Of a DNA stretch of 64,000 nucleotides, positions 27,525-37,793 are shown piece by piece. Under the pieces are notes generated by a model. It worked only from the letters and a program-made list of their open reading frames with translations. It did not search any database and had not been told where the DNA came from. Position 1 is the first letter of the stretch; each line of letters begins with the position of its first letter. The position numbers were made by a program, and so were the translations under genes. Where the stretch lies: the NCBI GenBank assembly GCA_902791865.1, contig CADAXK010000013.1, forward strand, positions 9,812 through 73,811, given 5' to 3'. The stretch comes from an uncultured Bacteroidia bacterium (GTDB lineage Bacteria; Bacteroidota; Bacteroidia; Bacteroidales; ML635J-15).

Positions 27525-29633
27525 ATGAGAAAGATATTTCTACTTGCGACATTCGCTACCTTATTAATAAATATAGCATTCGCACAGCAAGTCAGCATCA
27601 CCAATGGAGAAAACATTGCCATAAACATAATTGCAGAACGCTTTCCTCTGCTTGGACAAAATCCCGACAACTACAAGATTGCAAACTCATATACCGAAAC
27701 ATTCAACGGTGAAGAGGTTTTCCATGTCTACAACCTTGAACCAACGGGATTTGTAATAGTTTCGGCTGAAAGGTCGGTAGAACCTCTGCTGGCATTTTCG
27801 TACGAAAGCACCTGCTCCCAAACCGGCAGACACCCAAGCGTAGAAGCCGTGCTGAAATCGTACTCGGAACAAATTGCATACGCAATAAAGAACGGACAAA
27901 TTGCATCTTCGCACACAAACGCCGAATGGGAACACTATTCGGCAACCGATTTCAGTGCGCGCAACATGAGAACTGTCGCACCACTTCTTATAACAAAGTG
28001 GGATCAGGGCAAATATTTCAACAGTGCCTGCCCCGAAGATGCACATGGCAAAGACGGTCATGTGGTAGTCGGTTGCGTAGCCACAGCTATTGCCCAGATT
28101 TTCAATTACTTCAGATACCCGACACAAGGTACTGGCAGTTACGGATACGACCATCCCAACTATGGTCATCTGGAAGTAAACTTCGCAGAACAGCACTACG
28201 ACTACGACTATATGCCAGTAAAGCCCACCGACTACAACGAAAACCTTGCACGACTTCTGTACAACATCGGCGTGTCGGTTGACATGAATTATGGTCCAAA
28301 TGGCAGCGGCATGACCAACCACAAGGGAGCCTACACAATGCGCAACTACTTTGGATACAGCGATGATGCCCGCTACATCTTCAAGGACAGCCTGCCAACA
28401 GTAATCCCCGACAACATCGAAAACGACACCGTAATCCCCGATAGCATCTGGAACGGCATACTCGTCAACCACCTCGACCGCAAAATTCCACTCTATTATG
28501 CAGGCTGGGGCGACTATGTATACGAGAGCGGACATGCCTTCGTGTTTGATGGATACAACGATTCAACGCATTACCACATTAACTGGGGCTGGGGTGGTTC
28601 GTATGATGGATTTTTTACCATTAGTAGCCTTTCGCCAGGTGGTTCTAATTTCCGACTTGCACACGAAGTAATTATCAATGCCACACCCAAAAACGAAACC
28701 CATACATGCGAAGGACTTAAGGAAATGAATTTCTACGAAGGCACAATTGAGGACGGTAGCGGTCCCCTTAGAGACTATGCCCCAGAAAGCAACTGCTCGT
28801 GGCTAATAACACAGCATGATTCGGTAAACGGCTATACACTTACAATTTCCAAGTTCGACATTGATGCAACCGACAACATAATCGTTTACGCAGGCGACAG
28901 CGAAGATGCCCCTGTTGCATTAAGCCTATTCGGAGACGACACACCAGAAACCAGCTATACGATAAATTCAACATCAATGCTCATTAAATTTGTTTCCGAT
29001 GAAACAGCATCAGGCGATGGCTGGCTTATTTCGTACGAACCTATAAAGCCTACATATTGCGAATTCTCCACTCCACTAACCGAACTGCGTGACACCATAA
29101 CAGATGGCAGCGGCCGCTGGAATTATCAAAACAATAGTGATTGCAGATGGAGATTGACTCCTGAAACGACTTCAAAATTTAGATTTGAATTTTTGGAACT
29201 CGACACCGAATACGAAAAGGATTTTGTGAAGATTTTGCGCAACGGAAGAAAATATGCAGAATTTTCCGGCGACACACTTCCAGAGCCAATAAGCTTCGAT
29301 GGAGAAACAGCCACAATTGTATTTACTAGCAACGGATCAAGGACTGCCGGTGGATTCAAGATTGTATATTCTATTGGCGAAGCAAGTGTCGAAAGTATTG
29401 ACAACAATAATGTATCGGTTTATCCAAATCCTGCAAGGGAGAATATAATAGTGGAAGGCGAGAATATTGAAGAAATACAAATCTGCAACCTACTCGGCGG
29501 TGTTGTTTATGAAACGCAACAATGCAATGACAATAATGTAATTTCCACGGATGGAATGGGTGCCGGCAACTATTTTGTAAGGGTTACAATGACGGATGGA
29601 AAGGTGGTGATGAAGAAAATAATCGTTCTGTAG
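27525..29633 (+). CDS. C10-family (streptopain-like) cysteine peptidase with CUB-like modules and a T9SS type-A sorting domain
   Basis: ITKWDQGKYFNSACP...VVGCVATAIAQIFNYF (catalytic Cys) and GHAFVFDGY...HINWGWGG (His). The C-terminal tail is VYPNPARENIIV...KKIIVL. Confidence 0.85.
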   Translation: MRKIFLLATFATLLINIAFAQQVSITNGENIAINIIAERFPLLGQNPDNYKIANSYTETFNGEEVFHVYNLEPTGFVIVSAERSVEPLLAFSYESTCSQTGRHPSVEAVLKSYSEQIAYAIKNGQIASSHTNAEWEHYSATDFSARNMRTVAPLLITKWDQGKYFNSACPEDAHGKDGHVVVGCVATAIAQIFNYFRYPTQGTGSYGYDHPNYGHLEVNFAEQHYDYDYMPVKPTDYNENLARLLYNIGVSVDMNYGPNGSGMTNHKGAYTMRNYFGYSDDARYIFKDSLPTVIPDNIENDTVIPDSIWNGILVNHLDRKIPLYYAGWGDYVYESGHAFVFDGYNDSTHYHINWGWGGSYDGFFTISSLSPGGSNFRLAHEVIINATPKNETHTCEGLKEMNFYEGTIEDGSGPLRDYAPESNCSWLITQHDSVNGYTLTISKFDIDATDNIIVYAGDSEDAPVALSLFGDDTPETSYTINSTSMLIKFVSDETASGDGWLISYEPIKPTYCEFSTPLTELRDTITDGSGRWNYQNNSDCRWRLTPETTSKFRFEFLELDTEYEKDFVKILRNGRKYAEFSGDTLPEPISFDGETATIVFTSNGSRTAGGFKIVYSIGEASVESIDNNNVSVYPNPARENIIVEGENIEEIQICNLLGGVVYETQQCNDNNVISTDGMGAGNYFVRVTMTDGKVVMKKIIVL

Positions 29634-29658
29634 AATCGTGCCATGGCGCGATTCTACA
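29625..29658. repeat. REP-like palindrome (core GTAGAATCGTGCCATGGCGCGATTCTAC)
   Basis: Contains the TAG stop of the C10 peptidase gene. The core is identical to that at 15103..15130. Confidence 0.85.
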
Positions 29659-29720
29659 TGAATCGGCGCAAGCCCTTGAAACATTGAAACGGGCTTTAGC
29701 CCATTGAAACTTAGAAACAC

Positions 29721-29746
29721 AAAAGGCAATCGTCGATTGCCTTTTG
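29721..29746. terminator. Hairpin flanked by A/T runs (bidirectional terminator candidate)
   Basis: aaaaGGCAATCgtcGATTGCCtttt, immediately 3' of the tRNA. Confidence 0.55.
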
Positions 29747-29819
29747 TGGAGAATATCGGACTCGAACCGACCACCTTCAGATTGCGAACCTGACGCTCTA
29801 CCAGATGAGCTAATTCCCC
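29747..29819 (-). tRNA. tRNA-Ala (anticodon CGC)
   Basis: The reverse complement folds as a cloverleaf: acceptor GGGGAAT/ATTCTCC with G3:U70, D-arm GCTC..GAGC, anticodon loop TTCGCAA, T-arm GTCGG-TTCGAGT-CCGAT. No CCA is encoded. Confidence 0.9.
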
Positions 29820-29905
29820 TATCGCGAATGCAAAAATAAAACTTATTTACGAAGTACGATTTACGATTTTGGATTTTTATTCTGATTTTTTGCCAACCCT
29901 CTGTC

Positions 29906-30061
29906 GTCATTCCGCAAAATATAACGAACAGCACAAGGAACGGTGCTTGTGAGTTCATTTATGCGGAATCTCATTTGTGTACTAATGGGAGATTCCGCAT
30001 AGTCGAACATTACAACGCTCCCCGTACCGTATCGCGTGTATGTTCTGACTTGTGGAATGAC
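29906..30061 (+). repeat. MITE-like foldback element, copy 4
   Basis: GTCATTCCGCAA...TTGTGGAATGAC. Same orientation as copy 2. Confidence 0.85.
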
Positions 30062-30137
30062 GGTCTTTTTTTATAATATGACCATAATAAAAACTGCAAA
30101 AAATCAGTCAAATACCAAACTACAGCCTAGATTAAGA

Positions 30138-31178
30138 TCAGAAAGATGTCCAACCTTGTGCCTTCAGGTCAAGTTCTGCTCCGTTGCGAGGCACAAACTT
30201 TTTGCCTTCTGATGCATCACATATATAACCAATAAGCGAGACATCGCTAATTTCCTCAACCAGATCCTTCTTATCCATCGGCACGGTGAACAGAAGCTCG
30301 TAGTCCTCGCCACCATTCATAGCAGCAAGACTCGGATCCATGTGGAACCTATTAGACACGGCTTCGGTCTGCTCGTGTATAGGAATACGCTCCTCGTAAA
30401 CCCTACATCCTACGCCAGACTGCTTGCATATATGCATCAATTCCGACGACAATCCATCGGATATGTCCATCATCGAGTTAGGTACAATGCCTCGCTTTGC
30501 AAGTTCGCGCACAATGTCACGACGAGGTTCGGGCTTCAACTGCCTTTCGATTACATATTCGTAGCCCTCGAGTTCGGGTTGCATTTCCTTGTCTTCCATA
30601 TAAATCTTTGCCTCGCGCTCAAGGACTTTCAGTCCGATGTATGCTCCGCCAAGGTCACCGCTAACACATACTAGGTCGTTCTTCTTTGCTCCGCTACGAT
30701 AAACAATGTTCTCCTTCTTTGCCTGACCTATTGCAGTTATGTTGATGAACAAGCCCGACATCGAACTTGTTGTGTCACCACCAATAAGCTCCACATCGAA
30801 ACGGTCACAAGCAAGTTTAATGCCCTCGTAGAGCTGTTCCATAGCCGTTACCGAGAATTTACGGCTGACTGCTACCGAAACTGTTATATATTTAGGTGTG
30901 CCGTTCATGGCATAAATGTCGCTCAAGTTTACTGCAACCGCCTTGTATCCCAAATGCTTCAACGGAGTATAAACAAGGTTGAAATGCACACCCTCGACTA
31001 GCAAGTCGGTGGTTACGAGGTTGCAAATGTCGCCACACTCAAACACGGCACAATCATCACCAATGCCTTTTACAAGGTTCTTGTCGATTACTGTAAAATC
31101 CTTTGTCAGATGGTCAATGAGCCCAAATTCACCAAGTTCCGAAATATCAACGGGCTTCTTGTTTTCTTTCTTGTCCAT
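30138..31178 (-). CDS. thiL: Thiamine-monophosphate kinase
   Basis: GEFGLIDHL...GIGDDCAV...TTDLLVEGVHF. AIR-synthase-like fold motifs typical of ThiL. Confidence 0.9.
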   Translation of the reverse strand: MDKKENKKPVDISELGEFGLIDHLTKDFTVIDKNLVKGIGDDCAVFECGDICNLVTTDLLVEGVHFNLVYTPLKHLGYKAVAVNLSDIYAMNGTPKYITVSVAVSRKFSVTAMEQLYEGIKLACDRFDVELIGGDTTSSMSGLFINITAIGQAKKENIVYRSGAKKNDLVCVSGDLGGAYIGLKVLEREAKIYMEDKEMQPELEGYEYVIERQLKPEPRRDIVRELAKRGIVPNSMMDISDGLSSELMHICKQSGVGCRVYEERIPIHEQTEAVSNRFHMDPSLAAMNGGEDYELLFTVPMDKKDLVEEISDVSLIGYICDASEGKKFVPRNGAELDLKAQGWTSF

Positions 31179-31375
31179 TTTTTCGCTTTAAAAACATCGC
31201 AAAGATAATCTATTTTTGAAAAACAGGCAGAATAATCCAAACATCGGGAACAAATATGCATCAATGAAAAAAAACAAAAAAATAAACTAATTAATTTTGT
31301 TGACATTAAAAATTAATGCTTAACTTCGTGCTTTCAAATTATTAATTGCAAACGGTAAAAAAACAATAAATTATT

Positions 31376-32398
31376 ATGGCAGTAAACAGATTCATAACCC
31401 TCGACGAGGTTATAATTCAGAGACAATCGGCCTTCCCATACGCAAAAGGCGAATTATCAAGACTTTTAAGTAACATCGGTCTTGCCGCAAAAATAGTCAA
31501 CAACAGCATCAACCGCGCTGGACTTGAAACAAACATCCTCGGCGCTACCGACAACATCAACGTGCAGGGCGAAACCCAGCAGAAACTGGATGTGTTTGCA
31601 GAAGAAATGTTCACAAAGGCTCTTCAGGCTTCCGGAATCATCGCTGGTATAGCTTCAGAGGAAGAGGACGACATCATCATCTTCGACGACGACCTTTCAA
31701 TCAACGGCAACTATGTCATCTGCATCGACCCGCTCGATGGCAGTTCAAACATCGATGTTAATGTTTCGGTTGGTACAATTTTCTCAATTTACCACCGTAT
31801 TTCGCCACAAGGCACAAAGGTCGTAAAGGAAGACTTCCTACAGCCAGGCAACAAGCAGGTGGCAGCAGGATATGTAATCTATGGTTCGTCTACTATGCTC
31901 GTTTATACCACAGGTCTTGGTACCACAGGTTTCACCTACGAACCATCTATTGGTGAGTTCTGCATGTCAAACGAACTGATGGTAACCCCCGAAAGCGGTA
32001 AGATTTACTCGATTAACGAGGGTAACTATCTGAAATTCCCGGAAGGCATAAAGAGATACATAAAGTATGTTCAGGAAATCGACAAGCCTACCAACCGTCC
32101 GTACACTTCGCGTTACATTGGCTCGCTCGTTGCCGACTTTCACAGAAACCTGCTGAAGGGTGGCGTTTACATTTATCCGCGTACAGCATCATCGCCAAAC
32201 GGAAAAATCCGCCTACTCTACGAATGCAACCCAATTGCTTTCTTGGCAGAACAGGCTGGTGGCAAGGCAACCGATGGCTACGGACACCGCATTCTCGACA
32301 TCGTTCCGAAGGAAATTCACCAGAGAACTCCATTCGTTGTAGGCTCAAAGGAAATGGTTGAGAAAGTAGAAGAATTTATGGCTGAATACGGCGACTAA
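31376..32398 (+). CDS. fbp: Class 1 fructose-1,6-bisphosphatase
   Basis: Full-length FBPase I similarity ([22 protein letters not shown]; GGVYIYP...[11 protein letters not shown]). Confidence 0.95.
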   Translation: MAVNRFITLDEVIIQRQSAFPYAKGELSRLLSNIGLAAKIVNNSINRAGLETNILGATDNINVQGETQQKLDVFAEEMFTKALQASGIIAGIASEEEDDIIIFDDDLSINGNYVICIDPLDGSSNIDVNVSVGTIFSIYHRISPQGTKVVKEDFLQPGNKQVAAGYVIYGSSTMLVYTTGLGTTGFTYEPSIGEFCMSNELMVTPESGKIYSINEGNYLKFPEGIKRYIKYVQEIDKPTNRPYTSRYIGSLVADFHRNLLKGGVYIYPRTASSPNGKIRLLYECNPIAFLAEQAGGKATDGYGHRILDIVPKEIHQRTPFVVGSKEMVEKVEEFMAEYGD

Positions 32399-32400
32399 TT

Positions 32401-33618
32401 ATGAATTTCATTCAAAAAATATTGGCAACTGTGGCATTTGTCTCAGTTGCCTTTTTTGTTTCCGCGCAAGTTGACGACCCCACCGTGCTAGTTGAGGAAC
32501 TCGACCAGGCAATAAGCGAAACATCGGGGCTTGCATTCATTAACGGTAGGCTATGGACACACAACGATTCGGATGGAGAACCTAAAATCTATTGCATCGA
32601 CACAACTTCTGGCCAAGTGATTGGCACAAAGGTTATTGCTGGTGTTACAAACGAGGATTGGGAAGATCTGGCTAAAGACAAAACTCATCTCTATATCGGA
32701 AACTTTGGTTCAGTAAGCTCCAATCTGCAAATTCTGCGCATAAAGATTGAAGACCTTGAAAATCCAGCACTCGACACTTTGGTTCCCCGAATTATAAAAT
32801 TCACATACGGCAATAGCGACTATCCTGAAGCCGACTTTTCGGCAACCAACACTCGCTTCGATTGCGAAGCCATGATTGCAAAGGACGACACTATTTTCCT
32901 GTTTTCCAAAAACTGGATTGACCATAAGACATATCTATATGCAATCCCCAACAAGGCAAATGATTTTCATACGATAACGCCAATCGATACGCTACAGCTA
33001 GATTATCTTGTCTGCGGTGCCGACTACGACTATACATCAAACACCGTTGCACTAGTTGGCTACACCTACGATGTTTCGGGCAGCATTCCCGATTCGAAAC
33101 CTTACATCACCTTGCTGAGAAATTTTGAAGGGAACAAGTTTTTCTCTGGCACTGTCGAAAGCAAAGACTTTTCGGCAATGTCAACCAAGTACAGCCAGAC
33201 AGAAGGAATTGCTTTCCGCGACTATGGCAGGCTTTGGGTGACAAACGAAAAATACACAAGGAGACTCATTACCATAAAGTCGAAACTTCGCGAATTCAGA
33301 ATAACCGAACCGCAACAAATAAACGACCCTGATACAGAGCCAACATTTCCAGAAGAACCAGACCCAGCAATAATAAATGGCAATGATTCTAACGACAAAA
33401 CATTTTTCCCAAATCCCGCACACGATATACTAAATGTATGCTTAACCGAACCATACAAAATAGACATCATTGATTTAAAAGGAGTTACTGTATACAAATC
33501 GCATAAGGAAAGCATTGGACACACAACAATAAATGTCTCTTTTCTTCCACAAGGGAGTTACATTGCAAGGCTTATAACAAAAGACTCAACCAGCGAATTC
33601 AAGTTTATAAAACTTTAA
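32401..33618 (+). CDS. T9SS type-A sorting-domain protein (propeller-like N-terminal domain)
   Basis: Signal peptide. C-terminal FFPNPAHDILNV...GSYIARLITKDSTSEFKFIKL. Confidence 0.7.
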   Translation: MNFIQKILATVAFVSVAFFVSAQVDDPTVLVEELDQAISETSGLAFINGRLWTHNDSDGEPKIYCIDTTSGQVIGTKVIAGVTNEDWEDLAKDKTHLYIGNFGSVSSNLQILRIKIEDLENPALDTLVPRIIKFTYGNSDYPEADFSATNTRFDCEAMIAKDDTIFLFSKNWIDHKTYLYAIPNKANDFHTITPIDTLQLDYLVCGADYDYTSNTVALVGYTYDVSGSIPDSKPYITLLRNFEGNKFFSGTVESKDFSAMSTKYSQTEGIAFRDYGRLWVTNEKYTRRLITIKSKLREFRITEPQQINDPDTEPTFPEEPDPAIINGNDSNDKTFFPNPAHDILNVCLTEPYKIDIIDLKGVTVYKSHKESIGHTTINVSFLPQGSYIARLITKDSTSEFKFIKL

Positions 33619-33652
33619 CTATTTATAAATTTTTACCTAATAAACTAATCGG

Positions 33653-33660
33653 TACTTTTG
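33653..33660 (+). promoter_or_regulatory. Candidate -7 box (TACTTTTG)
   Basis: TAnnTTTG, 36 nt upstream of the ATG at 33696. Confidence 0.4.
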
Positions 33661-33695
33661 CAAGCAAAGAATATAAAATTAAAACAGAAATAACT

Positions 33696-35897
33696 ATGAA
33701 GAGAATCAGTACATTATTAGTAGCCCTTTTTGCAGGCGCACTATGGCTGAACGCAACACCCGACCCTGATGAGGGCATGTGGTTGCCTAACAAGATTGCA
33801 CAGTTGAACTACGGACAGATGCAGAAACTTGGCTGCAAACTTACAGCAGAAGAAATCTACAGCATCAACCATTCAAGTCTTAAGGATGCAATATTCCAGT
33901 TGCAGTCCGCAGAAGGCAGTGGTTTCTGCACAGGCGAAATCGTCAGCAAGGAAGGTTTGCTTTTCACCAACCACCACTGCGGTTACGAATCAATAACCAA
34001 GCTCAGCACCACCGAGCACAACTACCTCGACAATGGCTACTGGGCAAAGAGCAAGGAAGAAGAACTTTCGTGTCCATGGCTCAGAGTTAGCCGTGTAGTC
34101 CGCATCGATGATGTTACCGAACGCGTACTTAAAGGCATAACCAACGAAACTCCCGAAAACGAAAGAGCTAAAAAAGTTAGCGAAGCTATGAAGGAAATCA
34201 TCGCTGAAGCTAAAAAAGACAACGATTATGAAGCATCTGTTGAGGAAATGTACAAGGGTGGCGAATACTACCTCTTTGTATATGAAATCTTTGGCGATGT
34301 AAGATTTGTTGGTGCTCCTCCTTCATCAATAGGTAAGTTCGGTGGCGATACCGACAACTGGATGTGGCCGCGTCACACTGGCGACTTCTCGGTATTCCGC
34401 GTATATATGTCGCCCGATGGCAAACCATCCAAGGAATACAACAAGGACAATGTTCCTTACAAGCCTCTCCACTACCTCCCAGTTTCAATAAAGGGCGTAA
34501 AGGAAGGCGACTTCACAATGATTATGGGTTACCCGGGCAGCACCGAACGTTTCCTCTGCTCATACGGTATGAAGTACAAACGCGACTGGTACAACCCAAG
34601 CGCAGTTAATGCTCTCGGCGTTAAGCTCGGTGCAATGAAGGAAGATATGGATGTTGACGACAACATCCGTCTCGCAATGGCCGACACCTACGCATCGCTC
34701 GCAAACGGCTACAAACTTTGGGGCGGTGAAATTGAAACATTAAAGACCACCAACGCAATAGAACTCAAGGAACAGGAAGAAGCCGAATTCCAGAAATGGG
34801 CTAACGCAAACGATAGCCGCAAGAAACTCTACGGAAGCGTTCTCGATGAACTTAAGAGTACATACGAATCATACGGACAGGCTACAGAAGACATGCTCCT
34901 TATCTCATTGCTTCTCAGCCAGGGTAGCGACATGACAATGAACTCATTGCAGATGTTCATGCTGTCGAGACTCCTCGAAGACGAAAAAGGTAATGCCGAA
35001 CAAATTAAGGATTTCTGCAACGAATTCAAGGAAGGCGTTGACGACATGTTCAAGAACTACTATATAAACACCGACAGAAAGTCATTCGAAAGAATGTTGA
35101 ACCACTATGTGAAGACCATTCCTGCAGAAAGAAGAGTTTCTGCTTTCAGCGATTATCTGTTCAAGAACTTCAAGGGCAAAACCGAAGCTGAATCGATTTC
35201 AAAATTCATAAATGCAGTTTATACTAAGTCTATTTTCACCGACAAGAATCGCCTCAATGCTTTCCTTGACAAGCCTAGCAAGAAGGCTCTCGATGCAGAC
35301 CCACTATTTGCTTTTGGAAAGAGCGTTTACAGCGGAATTATGCCATTGCAAGGCGCTTTCGTAGGTCCTATGAACAAGATTGCTACTCTTGAAAGAGTTT
35401 ACACACAAGGACTTCGTGAATTTGAAAAGGACAGAGTATTCTATCCGGATGCAAACTCAACACTCCGTCTCACCTATGGTACTGTACAGAGCTATGCTCC
35501 ACGCGATGGTGTTAAGTACAAATATTTGACCTACATCGATGGTATCATCGAAAAAGAAAATCCAAATGACCCGGAATTTGTTGTTCCGAAGGAATTGAAA
35601 GAACTCTACAAGAAGAAACAATATGGTCGCTATGCCGACGAAACTGGAAATCTTCCTGTTTGCTTCCTCAGCGACAACGACATCACCGGTGGTAACTCAG
35701 GTTCACCAATCATCAACGGCAAGGGCGAACTCATTGGACTTGCTTTCGACGGCAACTGGGAATGGCTCTGCTCGAACCTCATCTTCAGCCCCGAAATGCA
35801 GAGAACAATCAATGTTGATGCTCGCTATGTACTTTGGGTAATTGATGAACTCTACGGAGCCAAGAACCTCATCAACGAATTGGATATTAGGAAATAA
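33696..35897 (+). CDS. S46-family dipeptidyl-peptidase (DPP7/DPP11-like)
   Basis: N-terminal DEGMWLP, TNHHCGY (His) and GGNSGSPIINGKGELIGLAFDGNWE (Ser). Confidence 0.9.
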   Translation: MKRISTLLVALFAGALWLNATPDPDEGMWLPNKIAQLNYGQMQKLGCKLTAEEIYSINHSSLKDAIFQLQSAEGSGFCTGEIVSKEGLLFTNHHCGYESITKLSTTEHNYLDNGYWAKSKEEELSCPWLRVSRVVRIDDVTERVLKGITNETPENERAKKVSEAMKEIIAEAKKDNDYEASVEEMYKGGEYYLFVYEIFGDVRFVGAPPSSIGKFGGDTDNWMWPRHTGDFSVFRVYMSPDGKPSKEYNKDNVPYKPLHYLPVSIKGVKEGDFTMIMGYPGSTERFLCSYGMKYKRDWYNPSAVNALGVKLGAMKEDMDVDDNIRLAMADTYASLANGYKLWGGEIETLKTTNAIELKEQEEAEFQKWANANDSRKKLYGSVLDELKSTYESYGQATEDMLLISLLLSQGSDMTMNSLQMFMLSRLLEDEKGNAEQIKDFCNEFKEGVDDMFKNYYINTDRKSFERMLNHYVKTIPAERRVSAFSDYLFKNFKGKTEAESISKFINAVYTKSIFTDKNRLNAFLDKPSKKALDADPLFAFGKSVYSGIMPLQGAFVGPMNKIATLERVYTQGLREFEKDRVFYPDANSTLRLTYGTVQSYAPRDGVKYKYLTYIDGIIEKENPNDPEFVVPKELKELYKKKQYGRYADETGNLPVCFLSDNDITGGNSGSPIINGKGELIGLAFDGNWEWLCSNLIFSPEMQRTINVDARYVLWVIDELYGAKNLINELDIRK

Positions 35898-35915
35898 TAA
35901 AAGTTCTCATTATGT

Positions 35916-35946
35916 AAAAAATCCTCGCTATGGCGGGGATTTTTTA
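35916..35946 (+). terminator. Rho-independent terminator
   Basis: aaaaATCCTCGCtatgGCGGGGATttttt. Confidence 0.65.
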
Positions 35947-36052
35947 TTTGTAGCGTTGCAATGCTTTGCGCCCGCTAAATGTAATATTTTGAGTGCCCAG
36001 AAGGGCAGAAATAAAACAAATTGGATTCAAATCAAACAAATGCCATAGTACC

Positions 36053-36239
36053 GTCATTGCGGAAGCCTGACTGAACACGCGATTGTCAATAGACAGAGCG
36101 TTGTGAAGACGGTTATCCGCAATCTCCTAATAGTACACAAAAAGGAGATTCCGCATAAACAGGCTCACAAGGCTCGTACCTGCGCCCGTTCGCTTTGTTT
36201 TACTTGCTTCGCCGCGTGAGCTAAAGGTTGCGGAATGAC
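36053..36239 (-). repeat. MITE-like foldback element, copy 5 (left arm diverged)
   Basis: GTCATTGCGGAA...GGTTGCGGAATGAC. The right half aligns with copy 3. Confidence 0.7.
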
Positions 36240-36376
36240 TGTGAATAATCAAACAAATAGATTTGGGAAATTTGGTTCAATTTGAAAGATTTAACTTCGT
36301 TGAGGGCTTCGCCGTTCTCGCGAAGCGACTAAAAAATAGCCGTTACCGCTAATTATCAATTATAAATTATAAATTG

Positions 36377-37183
36377 TTAATTGAAAAGTATCCTCGTGCA
36401 GAACGCCTGCCTGTCGCCTACCTTGCCTTCTATCAGCGTGCTACGCACAATCGGCTTGCCGTTCATCGAAAGTTTTGGCTCGGCAAATGGCTCGTCGTAC
36501 ATATAGAGGTCGAGGATTTCGCCGGGACGGGTTTCGTGAGCAAATGTTATGAAAACTTCGGCAACCGACAGCTTCTGCACTTCGGCATAGTCGAAGCAGT
36601 TCATTGCGTGCTGCATATAACGTGCATTGTTGGTGTGGGCGTTCATGTCGGTATCGGAATAGCCGAGCACTTCGCTGCGCACAAGGCGAGGCTCCGCACT
36701 GCGCGGCATCATCACCTTAGGCGCTGGCGTTTCTATTGCGTTTTCGTGGCAGGCCGAATCGTCGGGAATCATATCCAGAATATCGCTCATCCTTACCATC
36801 GCACGCTTTTCCAAGTCGAGAACCACCCACGAACTTGTACCGACAACCTTCTGCGAACCGTCGGCTCCGCTAATCAGAAAGTCCCTGAGGAAAAACGGAC
36901 CGCCAATGCCCTTGTGCCAGGTAGTAACCTTGATTTCGTCGTTCCACAGCGGAGTGTCCATAAACACGAAGTGCATGCGCGAAAGCACCCACGCCATATT
37001 CTTCTTCAGCATCTCGTTGTAGCCGAATCCAAGCGGGTCGGCAGCACGGGTTGCCATTTCCTGCGCTATGTTCATAAATGCAACAGGCTTCATGCGGATG
37101 TTGGAGTCAACATCGAAGCACGAAACGACATCATTTAGAATGTACTTTCCATCTTTTATTTCGTAATCCTTGACCATATTCAA
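36377..37183 (-). CDS. Acyl-ACP thioesterase
   Basis: Double hot-dog FatA/B-like sequence (MKPVAFMNIAQEMA...MAWVLSRMH...TDMNAHTNNARY). Confidence 0.8.
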   Translation of the reverse strand: MNMVKDYEIKDGKYILNDVVSCFDVDSNIRMKPVAFMNIAQEMATRAADPLGFGYNEMLKKNMAWVLSRMHFVFMDTPLWNDEIKVTTWHKGIGGPFFLRDFLISGADGSQKVVGTSSWVVLDLEKRAMVRMSDILDMIPDDSACHENAIETPAPKVMMPRSAEPRLVRSEVLGYSDTDMNAHTNNARYMQHAMNCFDYAEVQKLSVAEVFITFAHETRPGEILDLYMYDEPFAEPKLSMNGKPIVRSTLIEGKVGDRQAFCTRILFN

Positions 37184-37236
37184 TTTTTTAAGACAGGCAA
37201 AAGTAAAGAATTATTCCGAACAAAAACTTTTTTTCT

Positions 37237-37244
37237 TACCTTTG
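37237..37244 (+). promoter_or_regulatory. Candidate -7 box (TACCTTTG)
   Basis: TAnnTTTG only 8 nt before the ATG at 37252. This implies either a leaderless mRNA or use of the next ATG at 37270 (MRIALQEA). Confidence 0.35.
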
Positions 37245-37251
37245 CCCTTGT

Positions 37252-37686
37252 ATGGACTACGAAAAATATATGAGAATAGCCCTTCAAGAAGCAAGGGAAG
37301 CCGAACTTGATGGCGAAGTGCCCATCGGAGCTGTCGTTGTATGCGGCGACAAGGTTATAGCAAAAGCGCATAACCGTACCGAACATCTGCACGATGTTAC
37401 CGCACATGCCGAAATAATAGCAATCACATCCGCTGAAGACTACATGAACGCAAAATACCTTACCGACTGCACCTTGTTTGTGACGGTTGAACCATGCGTT
37501 ATGTGCGCAGGGGCAATCGCGTGGGCGCAATTAGCCGAAGTCGTCTATGGTGCAAATGATGAAAAGCGCGGATTTTCAAAGTATTCAAGCCAAATTTTAC
37601 ACCCAAAGACAAAGTTGACCAAAGGAATTCTTGCCGAGGACTGCGAAAAGATTATGAAGGATTTTTTTGCAGGAAAGAGAAAATAG
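37252..37686 (+). CDS. tadA: tRNA adenosine(34) deaminase
   Basis: HAEIIAI and PCVMCAGAI zinc-binding motifs (CDA fold). The start may be 37270. Confidence 0.9.
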   Translation: MDYEKYMRIALQEAREAELDGEVPIGAVVVCGDKVIAKAHNRTEHLHDVTAHAEIIAITSAEDYMNAKYLTDCTLFVTVEPCVMCAGAIAWAQLAEVVYGANDEKRGFSKYSSQILHPKTKLTKGILAEDCEKIMKDFFAGKRK

Positions 37687-37739
37687 AGGCTGATACCTGT
37701 TTGAATGTTTCTAGGTTTGAATGGCTGACGCCGTTTCTG

Positions 37740-37759
37740 AGACGCAAAATTTTGCGTCT
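37740..37759. repeat. Perfect 20-nt palindrome AGACGCAAAATTTTGCGTCT (REP-like variant) between convergent genes
   Basis: Preceded by the unit AATGGCTGACGCCGTTTC, which also occurs at 14940. Confidence 0.7.
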
Positions 37760-37793
37760 GTACAAATGGCTTTTAGCCTTTTTGCCCTTTGCA

